A stretch of 64,000 nucleotides of DNA from the human T2T-CHM13v2.0 reference genome, Homo sapiens. The notes beneath the pieces were generated by a model. It was not told the DNA's origin. It saw only the letters and a program-made list of their open reading frames with translations, and made no database searches. The stretch lies in the NCBI RefSeq assembly GCF_009914755.1, contig NC_060925.1; one strand, given 5' to 3'. This document shows, piece by piece, positions 57,901-64,000 of this stretch. Within the stretch, counting starts at the first letter, position 1, and every line of letters begins with the position of its first letter. The position numbers and the translations under genes were made by a program.

Positions 57901-60900
57901 ATCAAATGGAATCAAATGGAATCATTGAACGGAATTGAATGGAATCGTCATCGAATGAATTGACTGCAATCATCGAATGGTCTCGAATGGAATCATCTTC
58001 AAATGGAATGGAATGGAATCATCGCATAGAATCGAATGGAATTATCATCGAATGGAATCGAATGGAATCAACATCAAACGGAAAAAAACGGAATTATCGA
58101 ATGGAATCGAAGAGAATCATCGAATGGACCCGAATGGAATCATCTAATGGAATGGAATGGAATAATCCATGGACTCGAATGCAATCATCATCGAATGGAA
58201 TCGAATGGAATCATCGAATGGACTCGAATGGAATAATCATTGAACGGAATCGAATGGAATCATCATCGGATGGAAATGAATGGAATCATCATCGAATGGA
58301 ATCGAATAGAATTATGGAATGAAATCCAGTGTGATCATCATCGAATGGACCCGAATGGAATCATCATCCAACAGAAGCTAATGGAATCAACATCGAATGA
58401 ATCGAATGGAAACACCATCGAATTGAAACGAATGGAATTATCATGAAATTGAAATGGATGGACTCATCATCGAATGGATTCGAATGGAATCATCGAATAA
58501 AATTGATTGAAATCATCATCCAATGGAATCGAATGGTATCATTGAATGGAATCGAATGGAATCATCATCAGATGGAAATGAATGGAATCGTCATAGAATG
58601 GAATCGAATGGATTCATTGAATGGAATCAGATGGAATCATCGAATGGACTGGAATGGAATCATTGAATGGAATCGAAAGGGATCATAATTGAATGGAATT
58701 GAATGGAATCATCGAATGGTCTCGATTGGAATCATTATCAAATGGAATCGAATGGAATCACCGAATAGAATCGAATGGAACAATCATCGAATGGACTCAA
58801 ATGGAATTATCCTCCAATGGAATCGAATGGAATTATCGAATGCAATCGAATGGAATTATCGAATGCAATCGAATAGAATCATCGAATGGACTCGAATGGA
58901 ATCATCGAATGGAATGGAATGGAACAGTCAATGAACTCGAATGGAATCATCATTGAATGGAATCGAATGGAATCATCGAGTGGAATCGAATGGAATTATG
59001 ATCAAATGGAATCGAATGTAATCATCATCAAATGGAATCAAAAATAACCATCATCAATTGGTATTGAATGGAATTGTCATCAAATGGAATTCAAAGGAAT
59101 CATCATCAAATGGAACCGAATGGAATCCTCATTGAATGGAAATGAAAGGGGTCATCATCTAATGGAATCGCATGGAATCATCATCAAATGGAATCGAATG
59201 GAATCATCATCAAATGGAATCTAATGGAATCATTGAACAGAATTGAATGGAATCGTCATCGAATGAATTGAATGCAATCATCGAATGGTCTCGAATGGAA
59301 TCATCTTCTAATGGAAAGGAATGGAATCATCGCATAGAATCGAATGGAATTATCATCGAATGGAATCGAATGGTATCAACACCAAACGGAAAAAAACGGA
59401 ATTATCGAATGGAATCGAAGAGAATCTTCGAACGGACCCGAATGGAATCATCTAATGGAATGGAATGGAATAATCCATGGACTCGAATGCAATCATCATC
59501 GAATGGAATCGAATGGAATCATCGAATGGACTCGAATGGAATAATCATTGAACGGAATCGAATGGAATCATCATCGGATGGAAACGAATGGAATCATCAT
59601 CGAATGGAAATGAAAGGAGTCATCATCTAATGGAATTGCATGGAATCATCATAAAATGGAATCGAATGGAATCAACATCAAATGGAATCAAATGGAATCA
59701 TTGAACGGAATTGAATGGAATCGTCATCGAATGAATTGACTGCAATCATCCAATGGTCTCGAATGGAATCATCTTCAAATGGAATGGAATGGAATCATCG
59801 CATAGAATCGAATGGAATTATCATCGAATGGAATCGAATGGAATCAACATCAAACGGAAAAAAATGGAATTATCGAATGGAATCGAAGAGAATCATCGAA
59901 TGGACCCGAATGGAATCATCTAATGGAATGGAATGGAATAATCCATGGACTCGAATGCAATCATCATCGAATGGAATCGAATGGAATCATCGAATGGACT
60001 CGAATGGAATAATCATTGAACGGAATCGAATGGAATCATCATCGGATGGAAATGAATGGAATCATCATCGAATGGAATCGAATAGAATTATGGAATGAAA
60101 TCCAGTGTGATCATCATCGAATGGACCCGAATGGAATCATCATCCAACGGAAGCTAATGGAATCAACATCGAATGAATCGAATGGAAACACCATCGAATT
60201 GAAACGAATGGAATTATCATGAAATTGAAATGGATGGACTCATCATCGAATGGATTCGAATGGAATCATCGAATAAAATTGATTGAAATCATCATCCAAT
60301 GGAATCGAATGGTATCATTGAATGGAATCGAATGGAATCATCATCAGATGGAAATGAATGGAATCGTCATAGAATGGAATCGAATGGATTCATTGAATGG
60401 AATCAGATGGAATCATCGAATGGACTGGAATGGAATCATTGAATGGAATCGAAAGGGATCATAATTGAATGGAATTGAATGGAATCATCGAATGGTCTCG
60501 ATTGGAATCATTATCAAATGGAATCGAATGGAATCACCGAATAGAATCGAATGGAACAATCATCGAATGGACTCAAATGGAATTATCCTCCAATGGAATC
60601 GAATGGAATTATCGAATGCAATCGAATGGAATTATCGAATGCAATCGAATAGAATCATCGAATGGACTCGAATGGAATCATCGAATGGAATGGAATGGAA
60701 CAGTCAATGAACTCGAATGGAATCATCATTGAATGGAATCGAATGGAATCATCGAGTGGAATCGAATGGAATTATGATCAAATGGAATCGAATGTAATCA
60801 TCATCAAATGGAATCAAAAATAACCATCATCAATTGGTATTGAATGGAATTGTCATCAAATGGAATTCAAAGGAATCATCATCAAATGGAACCGAATGGA

Positions 60901-63900
60901 ATCCTCATTGAATGGAAATGAAAGGGGTCATCATCTAATGGAATCGCATGGAATCATCATCAAATGGAATCGAATGGAATCATCATCAAATGGAATCTAA
61001 TGGAATCATTGAACAGAATTGAATGGAATCGTCATCGAATGAATTGAATGCAATCATCGAATGGTCTCGAATGGAATCATCTTCTAATGGAAAGGAATGG
61101 AATCATCGCATAGAATCGAATGGAATTATCATCGAATGGAATCGAATGGTATCAACACCAAACGGAAAAAAATGGAATTATCGAATGGAATCGAAGAGAA
61201 TCTTCGAACGGACCCGAATGGAATCATCTAATGGAATGGAATGGAATAATCCATGGACTCGAATGCAATCATCATCGAATGGAATCGAATGGAATCATCG
61301 AATGGACTCGAATGGAATAATCATTGAACGGAATCGATTGGAATCATCATCGGATGGAAACGAATGGAATCATCATCGAATGGAAATGAAAGGAGTCATC
61401 ATCTAATGGAATTGCATGGAATCATCATAAAATGGAATCGAATGGAATCAACATCAAATGGAATCAAATGGAATCATTGAACGGAATTGAATGGAATCGT
61501 CATCGAATGAATTGACTGCAATCATCCAATGGTCTCGAATGGAATCATCTTCAAATGGAATGGAATGGAATCATCGCATAAAATCGAATGGAATTATCAT
61601 CGAATGGAATCGAATGGAATCAACATCCAACGGAAAAAAACGGAATTATCGAATGGAATCGAAGAGAATCATCGAATGGACCCGAATGGAATCATCTAAT
61701 GGAATGGAATGGAATAATCCATGGACTCGAATGCAATCATCATCGAATGGAATCGAATGGAATCATCGAATGGACTCGAATGGAATAATCATTGAACGGA
61801 ATCGAATGGAATCATCATCGGATGGAAATGAATGGAATCATCATCGAATGGAATCGAATAGAATTATGGAATGAAATCCAGTGTGATCATCATCGAATGG
61901 ACCCGAATGGAATCAACATCCAACGGAAGCTAATGGAATCAACATCGAATGAATCGAATGGAAACACCATCGAATTGAAACGAATGGAATTATCATGAAA
62001 TTGAAATGGATGGACTCATCATCGAATGGATTCGAATGGAATCATCGAATAAAATTGATTGAAATCATCATCCAATGGAATCGAATGGTATCATTGAATG
62101 GAATCGAATGGAATCATCATCAGATGGAAATGAATGGAATCGTCATAGAATGGAATCGAATGGATTCATTGAATGGAATCAGATGGAATCATCGAATGGA
62201 CTGGAATGGAATCATTGAATGGACTCGAAAGGGATCATTATTGAATGGAATTGAATGGAATCATCGAATGGTCTCGATTGGAATCATTATCAAATGGAAT
62301 CGAATGAAATCACCGAACAGAATCGAATGGAACAATCATCGAATGGACTCAAATGGAATTATCCTCCAATGGAATCGAATGGAATTATCGAATGCAATCG
62401 AATGGAATTATCGAATGCAATCGAATAGAATCATCGAATGGACTCGAATGGAATCATCGAATGGAATGGAATGGAACAGTCAATGAACTCGAATGGAATC
62501 ATCATTGAATGGAATCGAATGGAATCATCGAGTGGAATCGAATGGAATTATGATCAAATGGAATCGAATGTAATCATCATCAAATGGAATCAAAAATAAC
62601 CATCATCAATTGGTATTGAATGGAATTGTCATCAAATGGAATTCAAAGGAATCATCATCAAATGGAACCGAATGGAATCCTCATTGAACGGAAATGAAAG
62701 GGGTCATCATCTAATGGAATCGCATGGAATCATCATCAAATGGAATCGAATGGAATCATCATCAAATGGAATCTAATGGAATCATTGAACAGAATTGAAT
62801 GGAATCGTCATCGAATGAATTGAATGCAATCATCGAATGGTCTCGAATGGAATCATCTTCTAATGGAAAGGAATGGAATCATCGCATAGAATCGAATGGA
62901 ATTATCATCGAATGGAATCGAATGGTATCAACACCAAACGGAAAAAAACGGAATTATCGAATGGAATCGAAGAGAATCTTCGAACGGACCCGAATGGAAT
63001 CATCTAATGGAATGGAATGGAATAATCCATGGACTCGAATGCAATCATCATCGAATGGAATCGAATGGAATCATCGAATGGACTCGAATGGAATAATCAT
63101 TGAACGGAATCGAATGGAATCATCATCGGATGGAAACGAATGGAATCATCATCGAATGGAAATGAAAGGAGTCATCACCTAATGGAATTGCATGGAATCA
63201 TCATAAAATGGAATCGAATGGAATCAACATCAAATGGAATCAAATGGAATCATTGAACGGAATTGAATGGAATCGTCATCGAATGAATTGACTGCAATCA
63301 TCGAATGGTCTCGAATGGAATCATCTTCAAATGGAATGGAATGGAATCATCGCATAGAATCGAATGGAATTATCATCGAATGGAATCGAATGGAATCAAC
63401 ATCAAACGGAAAAAAACGGAATTATCGAATGGAATCGAAGAGAATCATCGAATGGACCCGAATGGAATCATCTAATGGAATGGAATGGAATAATCCATGG
63501 ACTCGAATGCAATCATCATCGAATGGAATCGAATGGAATCATCGAATGGACTCGAATGGAATAATCATTGAACGGAATCGAATGGATTCATCATCGGATG
63601 GAAATGAATGGAATCATCATCGAATGGAATCGAATAGAATTATGGAATGAAATCCAGTGTGATCATCATCGAATGGACCCGAATGGAATCATCATCCAAC
63701 GGAAGCTAATGGAATCAACATCGAATGAATCGAATGGAAACGCCATCGAATTGAAACGAATGGAATTATCATGAAATTGAAATGGATGGACTCATCATCG
63801 AATGGATTCGAATGGAATCATCGAATAAAATTGATTGAAATCATCATCGAATGGAATCGAATGGTATCATTGAATGGAATCGAATGGAATCATCATCAGA

Positions 63901-64000
63901 TGGAAATGAATGGAATCGTCATAGAATGGAATCGAATGGATTCATTGAATGGAATCAGATGGAATCATCGAATGGACTGGAATGGAATCATTGAATGGAC

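Larger units (their letters stand above)
1..64000 (+). repeat. Human Satellite 2 (HSat2/HSATII) tandem array, ~36 units with a 1776-bp period, probably the 1q12-type 1.77-kb family (HSat2A)
   Basis: Continuous diverged (GAATG)n with frequent TCGA and ATCATC, the CpG-rich HSat2 signature rather than the purer GGAAT runs of HSat3. A landmark ORF recurs every 1776 bp (e.g. 1975, 3751; 13242, 15018, 16794; 53919 to 62799). One GAATTC per unit (34, 1815, 3591, 5367, 7758 ... 62639). The chromosome assignment rests on the known 1.77-kb EcoRI repeat of 1q12. Confidence 0.97.

Noticed and set aside
59865-61173. Same AAAACGG>AAAATGG change in module B (59865) and the next module A (61173)
   Set aside because: It is a C>T at a CpG with no linked co-converted marker, so recurrent deamination is as likely as conversion.
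194-63774. Hundreds of + strand ORFs of 61-130 aa (MESSSNE..., MELSSNG..., MKLKWMD...)
   Set aside because: They are translations of the pentamer repeat (MEWN/GIIE/SSNG), overlap in several frames and show no recognisable domain. Stops and frameshifts occur freely in variant units. The minus strand lacks ORFs because it is rich in TGA. There is no evidence of coding function.
1-64000. CRISPR-like array, transposon insertion, inversion or telomeric repeat
   Set aside because: There are no unique spacers, no non-satellite sequence, no poly-A tail or target-site duplication, no switch to a CATTC-rich + strand and no TTAGGG tracts.
1-64000. HSat3 / HSF1 nuclear stress body locus
   Set aside because: The sequence is CpG-rich and ATCATC-rich with only short perfect GGAAT runs, which fits HSat2 rather than the 9q12-type HSat3. 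The GAA triplets are direct repeats, not the alternating inverted nGAAn array of a canonical heat-shock element.

Overview
The whole 64 kb window is one uninterrupted, head-to-tail satellite array built from diverged GAATG/CATTC pentamers (dominant motif GAATGGAATCGAATGGAATCATCATC). This matches human Satellite 2 (HSat2/HSATII). The 1776-bp unit carries one EcoRI site, consistent with the 1.77-kb HSat2A repeat of chromosome 1q12 heterochromatin; that location is inferred, not shown. There are about 36 units, all with the purine-rich strand on +. I see no gene, RNA gene, transposon or inversion, and all ORFs in the track are translations of the satellite. The interest lies in the array architecture. 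Each unit holds a 468-bp tandem sub-duplication (modules A and B). Three units lack one module (1308 bp), and three carry a divergent 615-bp module with an internal 147-bp duplication (2391 bp). Shared variants also reveal a ~8-kb block repeated at a 9495-bp offset, an out-of-phase 1776-bp duplication, and related blocks 15-50 kb apart. Each unit has two DUX4-consensus matches, with gains and losses in variant units. I found no supportable evidence for a new biological system.
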